DNA of 32,000 nucleotides. It comes from Vibrio vulnificus CMCP6. GTDB taxonomy: Bacteria; Pseudomonadota; Gammaproteobacteria; Enterobacterales; Vibrionaceae. The notes beneath the pieces were generated by a model. The model was not told the origin of the DNA, ran no database searches, and was given only the letters and a program-made list of their open reading frames with translations. This document shows, piece after piece, positions 17,312-26,006 of this stretch; the stretch's first letter is position 1, and the number at the start of each line of letters is the position of its first letter. Both the position numbers and the translations under genes were made by a program. The stretch lies in the NCBI RefSeq assembly GCF_000039765.1, contig NC_004460.2, positions 900,001 to 932,000 on the forward strand, read 5' to 3'.

Positions 17312-18094
17312 TTAGCCCCTTTTCCAAATGGAATGCCACAAAGCACGTAGCTTGATTTTTGTCACTCGCCAGTGAGTCACTGGACGCTGAGGGGTGGTGT
17401 CTAAAATATGTTGGTACGCGGCAAGATCAAACTTACGCTCTCCGCCATGCGCCAACAGCAAGGTTGTCGGCTGCATGTGAAAAACTCGTTCTAATGAAGC
17501 GCGATATTTGTTGGGATGGAAAATGGGAAATGGCGCGATGAGTTTTCTTTTCACTTCAACCATCAAATCCGCCACATACAGAATGCCCTTTTCTGCATGA
17601 TACACCGACAAATCTCGATCGGTGTGACCGGGCGTTTCAAGCACCACCCAATCAGGAAACTCCGGAATGCATTCACCATCATTGAGCTTGTGATCCGGAT
17701 TTAACGCTCGTGAATACCATAGATTGCGCCATGGTTTTTTTAACCGATTTGCCATCCACGCCGCCAACAGCAAGTCAGTCAGATGCATCAACCAGCCATC
17801 AACACCATGATACCAATCGAGATCTCGATTTGCCGCCACGACTTGGCATCCCGTCAACTGACGTAATCGATGCGCGCCACCCGCATGATCTGGATGCATG
17901 TGTGTCACCACGACCACTTTCAAATCACAAAAAGAACGCCCTAAATCCTGTTCAATGAAACGACGCAGATAGGGAATGTCCGCTCGACTTGCACCGTCAA
18001 GCAACAGCAGTTTGTCCGCATACTCCACCAAATACATGATTTGGATATAGCCTTTAATCGTATGTAATTGCACAAAATATCCTTTTTGTTGCAT
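17312..18094 (-). CDS. MBL-fold metallo-hydrolase
   Basis: 260 aa with the HxHxDH motif as THMHPDHAGG. Downstream His/Asp ligands are present (ETPGHTD, LLAHGG). Confidence 0.8.
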   Translation of the reverse strand: MQQKGYFVQLHTIKGYIQIMYLVEYADKLLLLDGASRADIPYLRRFIEQDLGRSFCDLKVVVVTHMHPDHAGGAHRLRQLTGCQVVAANRDLDWYHGVDGWLMHLTDLLLAAWMANRLKKPWRNLWYSRALNPDHKLNDGECIPEFPDWVVLETPGHTDRDLSVYHAEKGILYVADLMVEVKRKLIAPFPIFHPNKYRASLERVFHMQPTTLLLAHGGERKFDLAAYQHILDTTPQRPVTHWRVTKIKLRALWHSIWKRG

Positions 18095-18226
18095 TCGCGC
18101 CTGTTTACAGCGCTGATAAGGCTCTTTCCTTAAGCCTCTGGTCTGACCAATAAGTTAGCAGCAAAACCGTAACACGTCTGCACTGGGTAACAAACCCTGT
18201 GATATCAAACTTTAACTAATCTACGC

Positions 18227-18257
18227 TTGACCTTACCCTAGGGTAAAGCTTTAGAGT
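18227..18257 (+). promoter_or_regulatory. MerR-family (CueR-type) promoter/operator: -35 TTGACC, 19-bp spacer with dyad, -10 TAGAGT
   Basis: TTGACC at 18227-18232, a 19-nt spacer at 18233-18251 and TAGAGT at 18252-18257. The dyad CCTTACCC-TA-GGGTAAAG spans the -35/spacer region, resembling the CueR operator at copA (ACCTTCC...GGAAGGT). Confidence 0.7.
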
Positions 18258-18286
18258 GACGTTAAGTTTTTCATTAAAGGCACGAC

Positions 18287-18742
18287 ATGCGTTTCTCTTC
18301 TCTTCGCATATTCTGGATATCCTTTATCAGCATGTTCGCCATGTTGAGCTCAAGTTTTGCCTCCAGCGCGCCTTTAATGACTTTTCAGATGCTAAGCACA
18401 GTGCAGTCTCAAAGTACGGTGCAATCTCAAAGCACAATGACATCCGACTGTGGTATGAGCGTGAAGGTGGTTGATCCCCACGCGTTGCACTCCGGAAGTC
18501 ATCAATCGGCAAGCTCTCAAGCCGAAAGTAATCAAGCGGCTAAGACGCCAAACAGCCACTGCGCCACAGACGCCCCATCGATACACAATTGCTGTACTGC
18601 GGCTTGTGTCAGTGTCTTTGCGTTTTTGCCTCAAACTGCACACTCCTTACCTGTCTCTTATCACATGGCGCTGATCCCTCGTGAATCAACCGCTTGGTCT
18701 ATTGAAAGACAGCAATCGCTCTATCGCCCCCCAATAGCGTAA
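18287..18742 (+). CDS. Hypothetical secreted Cys/His-rich protein, first gene of the cus operon
   Basis: 151 aa with a signal-like N-terminus MRFSSLRIFWISFISMFAMLSSSFASSA and a STVQSQ x2 repeat. The Cys/His cluster is HCATDAPSIHNCCTAAC and the C-terminal end is YRPPIA. AAAGG lies upstream of the ATG. I cannot assign a family with confidence. Confidence 0.55.
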   Translation: MRFSSLRIFWISFISMFAMLSSSFASSAPLMTFQMLSTVQSQSTVQSQSTMTSDCGMSVKVVDPHALHSGSHQSASSQAESNQAAKTPNSHCATDAPSIHNCCTAACVSVFAFLPQTAHSLPVSYHMALIPRESTAWSIERQQSLYRPPIA

Positions 18743-18832
18743 TCCGATCATCAATATTTCGTATCACAAGCTCTAACGAGCTGTGGTGTGTATTTTCACG
18801 TCGCTTTTTGACGTGCAGATTGGATTATAAAA

Positions 18833-20200
18833 ATGAAACCAAGCTTATTGGCGCTGTGTATCAGCGTTTCCGCTCTGGTTGCAACTCCAGTGATGGCGCA
18901 GTCTTCCACTGCTCCAACAGGTCAGTTGCTCTCACAGAGCGATCCTTTAACCCTGCTGATTGAACAGGCTCTGGCGAATGACGCCAGCCGCAAGCAGATT
19001 TTTGCCCAATCACAAGCGATGCGGGAAAGCGGCGTTGCGGCCTCTACCTTGATGGATCCCAAACTGAAAGTGGGCTTTGGTGGTTTACCTGTCGATAGCT
19101 TTAAGTTCGACGAAGACCCCATGACCAACATTTCTGTCGGCCTAATGCAGCAATTTGAACGTGGTTCTACTCTTGAATTGCAAAGTAAAAAGGCATCACA
19201 ACAAGCAGATGGCATGGCTTTGCAAGTGGCTGCGCGAGAGCGCGAAGTGGCCAACGGCATCACCCAACTCTGGCTGGAGCTCGGCTATCAACAGCAAGCA
19301 GAGCGCGTTCTGCTTGAAAATCAGCGCTTAATGCGTGAGCTAGAAAGTTTCATTAGCACCAACTATTCGATTGGTAAGAGTGAAGCCCAGGACCTGCTCA
19401 ATGCACAGTTGCAAGTCAGCCAATTAGAAGAAAAGCTGCAAGCCAACCAGCAGATGCAACGCCGCATTCTGTCACAAATGTCTGAATGGCTCGGCAGCGA
19501 ATGGCTGTATCAACAACGCGATCTCAAAGCGAGTAACCAACTCAATTGGGATGCATTAGAGCGTTTATTGTCGGCGTCATCCACGACTCAGCACTTCGCC
19601 CAATTGGCCCAACATCCGATGGTGCAAATGGCCAACGCCAATATTGCGGTCAGCCAAACGCAAGTAGAGCTTGCCGAGCAATCTTACACCCCTCAATTTG
19701 GTGTCGAAGTGATGTATGCCTACCGCCAAGCCAACAATATGAAGGGGGAACCCGCCTCCGATCTGGTTAGTGCGTATCTCACGATGGATATCCCACTGTT
19801 TACCGGAAATCGTCAAGACCGAGCACACGCTGCGGCCCAATATCAGGTGGGTGCGGCTCAATCGCAAAAAGATCTCCTCCTGGCACAGATGAACGCCAAA
19901 GTGAACGCGTTATTGGTGGATAGAAGCAATCTCGAGCAGCGCCTTGAACGCTACCAAAATACCTTACTTGAACAAGCCAAAGCGCGCACCAAAGCCGTTG
20001 AGCGGGGCTACCAAAACAGCACTGCACAATTTAACGACGTGATCGCTGCTACCAGAGATGAGTTGGCAGTGGAGTTGGAGTCGCAGCGCCTTCTCACCGA
20101 CCTCAATCAAGTGAACAGTAATCTTGCGATGTTGCTTGGCGGCTTCACCTATACCGTCGCCCAACCCGAACTCGCTGATATTGACGTGAACCGTCGCTAA
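18833..20200 (+). CDS. cusC: Outer membrane efflux channel (TolC/CusC family)
   Basis: 455 aa with a signal peptide ending VMAQ. It shows the two-repeat OMF architecture with coiled-coil-rich sequence, and sits in operon position before the MFP and RND genes. Confidence 0.8.
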   Translation: MKPSLLALCISVSALVATPVMAQSSTAPTGQLLSQSDPLTLLIEQALANDASRKQIFAQSQAMRESGVAASTLMDPKLKVGFGGLPVDSFKFDEDPMTNISVGLMQQFERGSTLELQSKKASQQADGMALQVAAREREVANGITQLWLELGYQQQAERVLLENQRLMRELESFISTNYSIGKSEAQDLLNAQLQVSQLEEKLQANQQMQRRILSQMSEWLGSEWLYQQRDLKASNQLNWDALERLLSASSTTQHFAQLAQHPMVQMANANIAVSQTQVELAEQSYTPQFGVEVMYAYRQANNMKGEPASDLVSAYLTMDIPLFTGNRQDRAHAAAQYQVGAAQSQKDLLLAQMNAKVNALLVDRSNLEQRLERYQNTLLEQAKARTKAVERGYQNSTAQFNDVIAATRDELAVELESQRLLTDLNQVNSNLAMLLGGFTYTVAQPELADIDVNRR

Positions 20201-20219
20201 TTTGCCAAGGAATTACAGA

Positions 20220-21923
20220 ATGAAATCACTACAAATCGCAACGGTTGCCCTACTGATTGGCGCTGCACTCGGTTTTACGGCTAACCAATATTTCAATGGG
20301 CATGACATGAGTGCCATGGCTGCTACCGACATCAAAGCAAGTCATGAGCCGCTGTATTGGGTTGCGCCAATGGACCCAAATTACAAACGCGATAAACCCG
20401 GCAAGTCACCTATGGGGATGGATCTCATTCCCGTCTATGCCGACGATCTCGCTGGGGCAAACGACAAGCCCGGAACGGTGAAGATCGACCCTTCAGTTGA
20501 AAACAACCTAGGGGTAAAAACGGCCGCAGTCGAACTGGCCAAGCTATCACCACGCATCGAAACCGTGGGTTACATAGCGTTTGACGAAAGTCAGCTGTGG
20601 CAGACCAACGTGCGCGTGTCCGGTTGGGTGGAAAAACTGTATATCAACGCCGTGGGTGAGCAGGTGAAAAAGGGCGAGGTTCTCTTTACCTTGTACTCTC
20701 CTGAACTGGTCAAAGCGCAAGAAGAGCTGCTCAATGCCAAACGCACTGGCCGTGATGGGCTGGTTAAAGGCGCGACTGAGCGATTACTTTCTTTGGGCGT
20801 CGACCGCGAACAGATCAACCAAGTGATTCGTCGTGGTAAAGCATCACAAACCATCGAGATCAAAGCGCTCGCTAATGGCGTTATCGCCAGTCTCAACATT
20901 CGCGAGGGTGGCTACTTATCACCCGCACAAGCGGTCATCAGTGCTGGCCCTCTCAATGAAGTGTGGGTAGATGCGGAAGTGTTCGAGCGACAAGCACACT
21001 GGTTAACTAATGGTAGCCAAGCGAGCATGACGTTGGATGCACTGCCCGGCAAAGCTTGGCAAGGTGAGGTCGACTACGTTTACCCAATTCTTGATCCGAA
21101 AACACGCACATTACGCATGCGTCTTAAGTTTGCCAACCCAAATGGCGAACTCAAACCAAACATGTTCGCCAACATTACCTTGCAGCCCGTCAGCGACTCC
21201 GAAGTGCTCACCGTACCAAAATCTTCGGTGATCCGCTCAGGTGGTATGACGCGTGTGGTTTTGGCGGAAGGTGAGGGCAAATACCGCTCAGCACGCATCG
21301 AAACCGGCCGAGAAGCCGATGACAAAGTGGAAGTGCTCCAAGGCTTAAACCAAGGGGATCGCATTGTCACCTCTGCGCACTTTATGCTCGATTCTGAATC
21401 CAGTCAAAGTGCAGACCTCTCTCGTATAAACGGGGTTGAAGCAGCGGCAGAAACCGCATGGGCAAAAGGTGAAATCACCGATCTAATGGCCGACCACGGC
21501 ATGTTAACCATTAACCACCAGCCTGTACCAGAGTGGAATTGGCCCGGCATGACGATGAACTTCAACGCCGCGCAAGGTGTAGACCTAAGTGCGCTACAAA
21601 AAGGACAAGCCATCGAATTCGAAATGCAAAAAACCGACGACGGCCAATACCAAATCATCGCTATCAAGGCAGACAACAGCGTCATTGCGTCTGAAGTTTG
21701 GCTCAGTGGGGATATCTCCATGTTGATGGCGGATTTTGGCATGGTCACGCTGAGTCACCTTCCCGTTACAGAGTGGAACTGGCAAGCAGGCGAAATCAAC
21801 TTCTCAGTGGGTGACGAAATCAACTTGTCGGGCTTTGAGGAGGGGCAAAAAGTGCGCTTTCTAGTCGCCAAAGAAGGCTCTGACTACCAGTTGAAACAGC
21901 TTGAAGCGATGGGAGGTCAATAA
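20220..21923 (+). CDS. cusB: CusB-type periplasmic adaptor (MFP) fused to two C-terminal CusF-like domains
   Basis: Start moved to ATG 20220 (MKSLQIATVALL...) after AAGGAA. The N-terminal Met site EPLYWVAPMDPNYKRDKPGKSPMGMDLIPVYAD parallels the E. coli CusB Met49/64/66 region. The C-terminal repeats at nt 21450-21668 and 21690-21905 resemble CusF. Confidence 0.85.
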   Translation: MKSLQIATVALLIGAALGFTANQYFNGHDMSAMAATDIKASHEPLYWVAPMDPNYKRDKPGKSPMGMDLIPVYADDLAGANDKPGTVKIDPSVENNLGVKTAAVELAKLSPRIETVGYIAFDESQLWQTNVRVSGWVEKLYINAVGEQVKKGEVLFTLYSPELVKAQEELLNAKRTGRDGLVKGATERLLSLGVDREQINQVIRRGKASQTIEIKALANGVIASLNIREGGYLSPAQAVISAGPLNEVWVDAEVFERQAHWLTNGSQASMTLDALPGKAWQGEVDYVYPILDPKTRTLRMRLKFANPNGELKPNMFANITLQPVSDSEVLTVPKSSVIRSGGMTRVVLAEGEGKYRSARIETGREADDKVEVLQGLNQGDRIVTSAHFMLDSESSQSADLSRINGVEAAAETAWAKGEITDLMADHGMLTINHQPVPEWNWPGMTMNFNAAQGVDLSALQKGQAIEFEMQKTDDGQYQIIAIKADNSVIASEVWLSGDISMLMADFGMVTLSHLPVTEWNWQAGEINFSVGDEINLSGFEEGQKVRFLVAKEGSDYQLKQLEAMGGQ

Positions 21924-24900
21924 TGATAGCAGCGATCATTCGTTGGTCTCTCAACAACCGTTTTCTGGTGTTGATAGCCACGCTATTTCTTACCCTCGGC
22001 GGGCTGTACAGCGTTAAAAACACGCCCGTCGATGCGCTTCCCGATCTCTCTGATGTGCAGGTGATCATCAAAACCAGTTACCCAGGTCAAGCGCCGCAGG
22101 TCGTGGAAGATCAAGTGACCTACCCACTCACCACCGCCATGTTAGCGGTGCCAGGGGCAGAAACGGTGCGCGGTTACTCGTTTTTTGGTGATTCCTACGT
22201 CTACATCATCTTCAACGATAAAACCGACATGTATTGGGCGCGCTCTCGCGTTTTGGAATATTTAAGCCAAGTGGCGCCAAAACTGCCACCCAATGCCAAG
22301 CCGACACTCGGCCCCGATGCGACGGGTGTGGGCTGGATCTACAGCTACGTGCTGCAAGACAAAACAGGTAAGCATGATTTAGCTCAGCTACGAAGCCTAC
22401 AAGACTGGTTCCTAAAGTATGAGCTGCAAACCGTTGAAGGGGTGTCGGAAGTCGCCACCGTTGGCGGCATGGTCAAACAATACCAAGTGCAGATCGATCC
22501 TGCGAAATTGCGTGCTTACAACTTAACGTTGCAGCAAGTCAACATGGCGATTCAAAACGGCAACCAAGAAACGGGCGCCTCCGTGATTGAGGTGGCAGAA
22601 GCCGAGCACATGGTGCGCACCACGGGTTATCTCAGCAGCGTTGAGGATATTCAGTCCCTACCGCTTAAAGTGACCGACAAGGGTACACCACTGCTCCTCG
22701 GCGACATTGCCGATATCAACATTGGCCCACAAATGCGCCGCGGCATCTCTGAATTTAATGGTGAAGGGGAAGCCGTGGGTGGCGTGATCGTGATGCGTTT
22801 TGGTGAGAACGCCAGCCAAGTGATCGACAACGTCAAAGCAAAACTGGCAGACCTGCAACGCAGCCTACCAGAAGGCGTGGAAATCGTGTCGACCTACGAT
22901 CGCTCGACCCTGATCAATGCGGCGGTTGAAAATCTTTGGAAAAAACTCGCCGAAGAGTTCATTGTGGTGGCAGTGGTCTGTGCGCTGTTCTTGTTCCACA
23001 TTCGTTCATCCTTGGTCATCGCACTGAGCCTTCCTGTCGGTATTCTCTCTGCCTTTATTGTCATGCACTGGCAAGGAATTAACGCCAACATCATGTCTCT
23101 CGGTGGCATCGCCATTGCGATTGGGGCCATGGTGGATGGGGCGATCGTGATGATCGAAAACGTCCACAAGCACATTGAACGCACACCGCTTACGGATAAA
23201 AACCGCTGGCAAGTGATTGGTAAAGCGGCCGAAGAAGTCGGCGCACCGCTGTTCTTCTCACTGCTTATCATTACGTTAAGCTTTGTTCCCGTGTTCGCAC
23301 TGGAAGGCCAAGAAGGCAAGATGTTCTCACCACTGGCCTTCACCAAAACCTACGCAATGGCGGCGGCAGCGGGTCTAGCGATTACACTTGTACCCGTGCT
23401 GATGGGGTACTTTATTCGTGGTAACGTACTGCCTGAGCACAAAAACCCGGTCAACAAAGGGCTAGTTTCGCTCTATCGACCACTACTGAGTTTAAGCCTG
23501 AAATACCCGAAATCGATGATCGTGCTGGCGTTGGGACTGATGGCCTCGGCTTACTATCCAACCAGTCAATTGGGCAGTGAATTTATCCCGCCATTGGATG
23601 AAGGCGACTTGATGTACATGCCAACCACTTATCCGGGCATTTCCATCGGTAAAGCGCGTGAGCTCTTGCAACAAACCAACAAGCTGATCAAAACCGTACC
23701 GGAAGTGGAAACGGTGTGGGGCAAAATTGGCCGTGCCGATACCGCAACCGATCCCGCGCCACTGACGATGATCGAGACGGTTATCCAGCTCAAACCACGC
23801 GACCAATGGCGTGAAGGCGTAACGACAGAATCACTTCGCAAGGAGTTTGATAACCTTGTTCAGTTCCCGGGCTTAACCAACGCATGGGTGATGCCCATCA
23901 AAACCCGCATCGACATGCTTGCCACAGGCATCAAAACACCGATCGGCATTAAGATCGCCGGTCCTGATTTGAAAGTGATCGAGCAGATCGGCTCACAACT
24001 CGAACCGCTCCTCAAAGGCGTGCAAGGCACCGCCTCTGTTTACGCTGAGCGTGTTGCGGGTGGACGTTATGTCACCATCGACATCAAACGTAAAGCGGCA
24101 GCACGTTACGGTTTGAGTATTAAAGATGTTCAACAAGTGATTTCTACCGCGGTTGGCGGCATGAACGTGGGAGAAACCATCGAAGGGCTAGAACGTTACC
24201 CCATCAATGTGCGTTATCCGCAAGACTACCGTGATTCCGTGGTCAAACTGCAAAACCTACCACTGGTAACGCCCAACGGAGCACGCATTGCACTCGCCGA
24301 TGTGGCAGACATTCGCTATGAAGATGGCCCACCGATGATCAAAACCGAAAACGCGCGTCCAAACGGCTGGGTGTTTGTCGATATTGATGGTCGCGATTTG
24401 GGTTCTTACGTACAAGAAGCGCAAAGCGTGGTGGCAGAGCAGCTTGAACTTCCCGCAGGCTATTCACTCGCTTGGTCTGGTCAGTATGAATATATGGAAC
24501 GCGCCAAAGAGCGACTCAGTGTGGTGGTGCCAATTACGCTGGCCATCATCATGCTGCTGTTGTACTTCAGCTTCCGTCGCGTTGGCGAAGTACTGATCAT
24601 CATGGCGACACTCCCTCTGGCGATGGTGGGCGGACTGTGGCTGATGCATTACCTCGGTTACAACTTCTCCATTGCGGTGGGGGTCGGCTTTATCGCACTG
24701 GCCGGGGTGGCGGTGGAAATCGGTGTCATCATGCTCGTCTACCTCAACCAAGCGTGGCATTACAAAAAGCTTCACGCAGAAGAAAACAAACTGTCGCTCG
24801 TTGCACAAGATCTCACCGACGCGATCCGCGAAGGCGCTGGCTTACGTGTGCGCCCAGTCATGATGACAGTGCTAACGGTGATCATTGGTCTTATCCCAAT

Positions 24901-25051
24901 CATGTACGGGGAAGGCACGGGCTCTGAAGTGATGCAGCGTATCGCGGCCCCAATGATTGGTGGCATGGCTTCAGCACTTCTGCTAACGCTGTTGGTTCTC
25001 CCTGCCATCTTTAAGTTATGGAAGAGCGCCGAGTTGACCAAAACCGAATAA
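21923..25051 (+). CDS. cusA: Heavy-metal (Cu+/Ag+) RND efflux pump, CusA type
   Basis: 1042 aa with the TM4 HME signature AIGAMVDGAIVMIENVHK. The EGDLMYMP segment corresponds to the CusA Met573 region. The ATG overlaps the cusB stop (TAATG). Confidence 0.92.
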   Translation: MIAAIIRWSLNNRFLVLIATLFLTLGGLYSVKNTPVDALPDLSDVQVIIKTSYPGQAPQVVEDQVTYPLTTAMLAVPGAETVRGYSFFGDSYVYIIFNDKTDMYWARSRVLEYLSQVAPKLPPNAKPTLGPDATGVGWIYSYVLQDKTGKHDLAQLRSLQDWFLKYELQTVEGVSEVATVGGMVKQYQVQIDPAKLRAYNLTLQQVNMAIQNGNQETGASVIEVAEAEHMVRTTGYLSSVEDIQSLPLKVTDKGTPLLLGDIADINIGPQMRRGISEFNGEGEAVGGVIVMRFGENASQVIDNVKAKLADLQRSLPEGVEIVSTYDRSTLINAAVENLWKKLAEEFIVVAVVCALFLFHIRSSLVIALSLPVGILSAFIVMHWQGINANIMSLGGIAIAIGAMVDGAIVMIENVHKHIERTPLTDKNRWQVIGKAAEEVGAPLFFSLLIITLSFVPVFALEGQEGKMFSPLAFTKTYAMAAAAGLAITLVPVLMGYFIRGNVLPEHKNPVNKGLVSLYRPLLSLSLKYPKSMIVLALGLMASAYYPTSQLGSEFIPPLDEGDLMYMPTTYPGISIGKARELLQQTNKLIKTVPEVETVWGKIGRADTATDPAPLTMIETVIQLKPRDQWREGVTTESLRKEFDNLVQFPGLTNAWVMPIKTRIDMLATGIKTPIGIKIAGPDLKVIEQIGSQLEPLLKGVQGTASVYAERVAGGRYVTIDIKRKAAARYGLSIKDVQQVISTAVGGMNVGETIEGLERYPINVRYPQDYRDSVVKLQNLPLVTPNGARIALADVADIRYEDGPPMIKTENARPNGWVFVDIDGRDLGSYVQEAQSVVAEQLELPAGYSLAWSGQYEYMERAKERLSVVVPITLAIIMLLLYFSFRRVGEVLIIMATLPLAMVGGLWLMHYLGYNFSIAVGVGFIALAGVAVEIGVIMLVYLNQAWHYKKLHAEENKLSLVAQDLTDAIREGAGLRVRPVMMTVLTVIIGLIPIMYGEGTGSEVMQRIAAPMIGGMASALLLTLLVLPAIFKLWKSAELTKTE

Positions 25052-25057
25052 AAAATC

Positions 25058-25083
25058 AGGGGCAGTGCTTGCTTACTGCCCCT
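25058..25083 (+). other. Intercistronic hairpin between cusA and the cupredoxin gene (no U-tract)
   Basis: AGGGGCAGT, loop GCTTGCTT, ACTGCCCCT. It is followed by TAGCAAAAC, so it is not a canonical terminator and may be a processing or stability element. Confidence 0.4.
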
Positions 25084-25139
25084 TAGCAAAACAATCAACA
25101 ACAGAAAACAAAAGAACACGACTTAAAAAGGAAACCACC

Positions 25140-25715
25140 ATGAACAAGATGACAAAAACACTGATTGCAGCCGCACTGACTTTCTCTGCCACCGCGGTAT
25201 TGGCCAACACCATGGATCACTCCAAAATGGACCATTCTAAGATGGATCATGGAAAAGTGGACCACAGCAAAATGGATCACGGCAACATGAAAGAAGGCAG
25301 CATGAAAATGGATCACTCATCAATGATGGGTATGGAAGGCATGTCTGACGTTGGCATGCCAGCAAAAGGGGCGAAGCCTGATAAAGTGGTGCACGTGATG
25401 TTGAGTGATGACATGAAAATCACCTTCAAAAAAGAAGTGACGATTGAGCCAAACGACGTGGTGCAGTTCGTTGTGATGAACACAGGCAAAATTGACCATG
25501 AGTTTTCAATTGGCTCCGCGGCTGAGCAGCTAAAACACCGTGAAATGATGAAACAAATGGGTAGCCATGCACATGACAGCGGCAGTACTGTGACGGTTCA
25601 ACCAGGCAAAGCCAAACAGCTGTTGTGGCATTTCCATGGCGATAACAAAGTCGAGTTTGCCTGTAACATCCCTGGTCACGCCGAAGCGGGTATGGTGAAA
25701 AAAGTCGAACTGTAA
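25140..25715 (+). CDS. Periplasmic cupredoxin-fold copper-binding protein with an N-terminal Met/His-rich repeat tract (CopI-like)
   Basis: Start moved to ATG 25140 after AAGGAAA. The signal peptide is MNKMTKTLIAAALTFSATAVLA. Type-1 Cu ligand pattern: His in KIDHEF, then C-x4-H-x4-M in FACNIPGHAEAGM. Confidence 0.8.
   Translation: MNKMTKTLIAAALTFSATAVLANTMDHSKMDHSKMDHGKVDHSKMDHGNMKEGSMKMDHSSMMGMEGMSDVGMPAKGAKPDKVVHVMLSDDMKITFKKEVTIEPNDVVQFVVMNTGKIDHEFSIGSAAEQLKHREMMKQMGSHAHDSGSTVTVQPGKAKQLLWHFHGDNKVEFACNIPGHAEAGMVKKVEL
25212..25301 (+). repeat. In-frame 15-bp tandem repeats encoding MDHSK-MDHSK-MDHGK-VDHSK-MDHGN-MKEGS
   Basis: Five to six consecutive 15-nt units start at 25212 (ATGGATCACTCCAAA, ATGGACCATTCTAAG, ...). 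The units differ mostly at synonymous positions. Confidence 0.85.
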
Positions 25716-25759
25716 TCGTCACGATTTCATCACCATCGTCTGCAAAAACGACTGGGTTG

Positions 25760-25786
25760 TAGGTAGCAGAATATTTCTGCTACCTA
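25760..25786 (+). terminator. Hairpin terminator candidate after the cus operon
   Basis: TAGGTAGCAGAA, loop TAT, TTCTGCTACCTA gives a perfect 12-bp stem. The trailing sequence TTGCTTATAT is only weakly U-rich. Confidence 0.55.
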
Positions 25787-25934
25787 TTGCTTATATAAAA
25801 AACAAAAACTTATTGTTGCGAAATTATTTTTTGTCTAAGAACTCTCACTTTTATAATCACAATAATGACGGGGGAATTTTTTCATACATAATGACTATGA
25901 GTCTGAAATGGTTCATTTCAATTAGGTGAATATT

Positions 25935-26006
25935 ATGACCACACACAACACTTCTAGTCTCTGGTTTACACTCGATTATAAAATCGCGTTCTTCTTTCCT
26001 GCTTAA
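25935..26006 (+). CDS. tnaC: Tryptophanase operon leader peptide TnaC (23 aa: MTTHNTSSLWFTLDYKIAFFFPA)
   Basis: AGGTGA RBS at 25924-25929. The spacing W10-x3-D14-x7-P22 reproduces the E. coli TnaC spacing W12/D16/P24. AFFFP matches the Proteus-type TnaC tail. It lies 250 nt upstream of tnaA. Confidence 0.78.
   Translation: MTTHNTSSLWFTLDYKIAFFFPA

Noticed and set aside
18256-18474. 72-aa GTG-initiated ORF overlapping the start of the Cys/His-rich gene, plus other overlapping frames at 18327-18674
   Set aside because: The GTG overlaps the end of the -10 hexamer and so precedes the predicted TSS near 18264. It has no RBS and no signal or motif content. The 151-aa frame, with its signal peptide and ligand cluster, is the more coherent reading.
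21820-25119. Numerous 60-150-aa antisense and alternative-frame ORFs inside cusA, cusB, the ligases and other long genes
   Set aside because: All are nested within strongly supported long CDSs on the opposite strand or in another frame. They have repetitive Arg/His/Cys-rich translations typical of antisense reading of coding DNA.
25829-25860. CRP site (TGTCT-N6-TCTCA) and -35/-10 promoter upstream of tnaC
   Set aside because: It has three mismatches to TGTGA-N6-TCACA, and its centre lies only about 12 nt upstream of the candidate TATAAT (25852-25857). That geometry is incompatible with class I or class II CRP activation. The TATAAT itself is plausible but unsupported.
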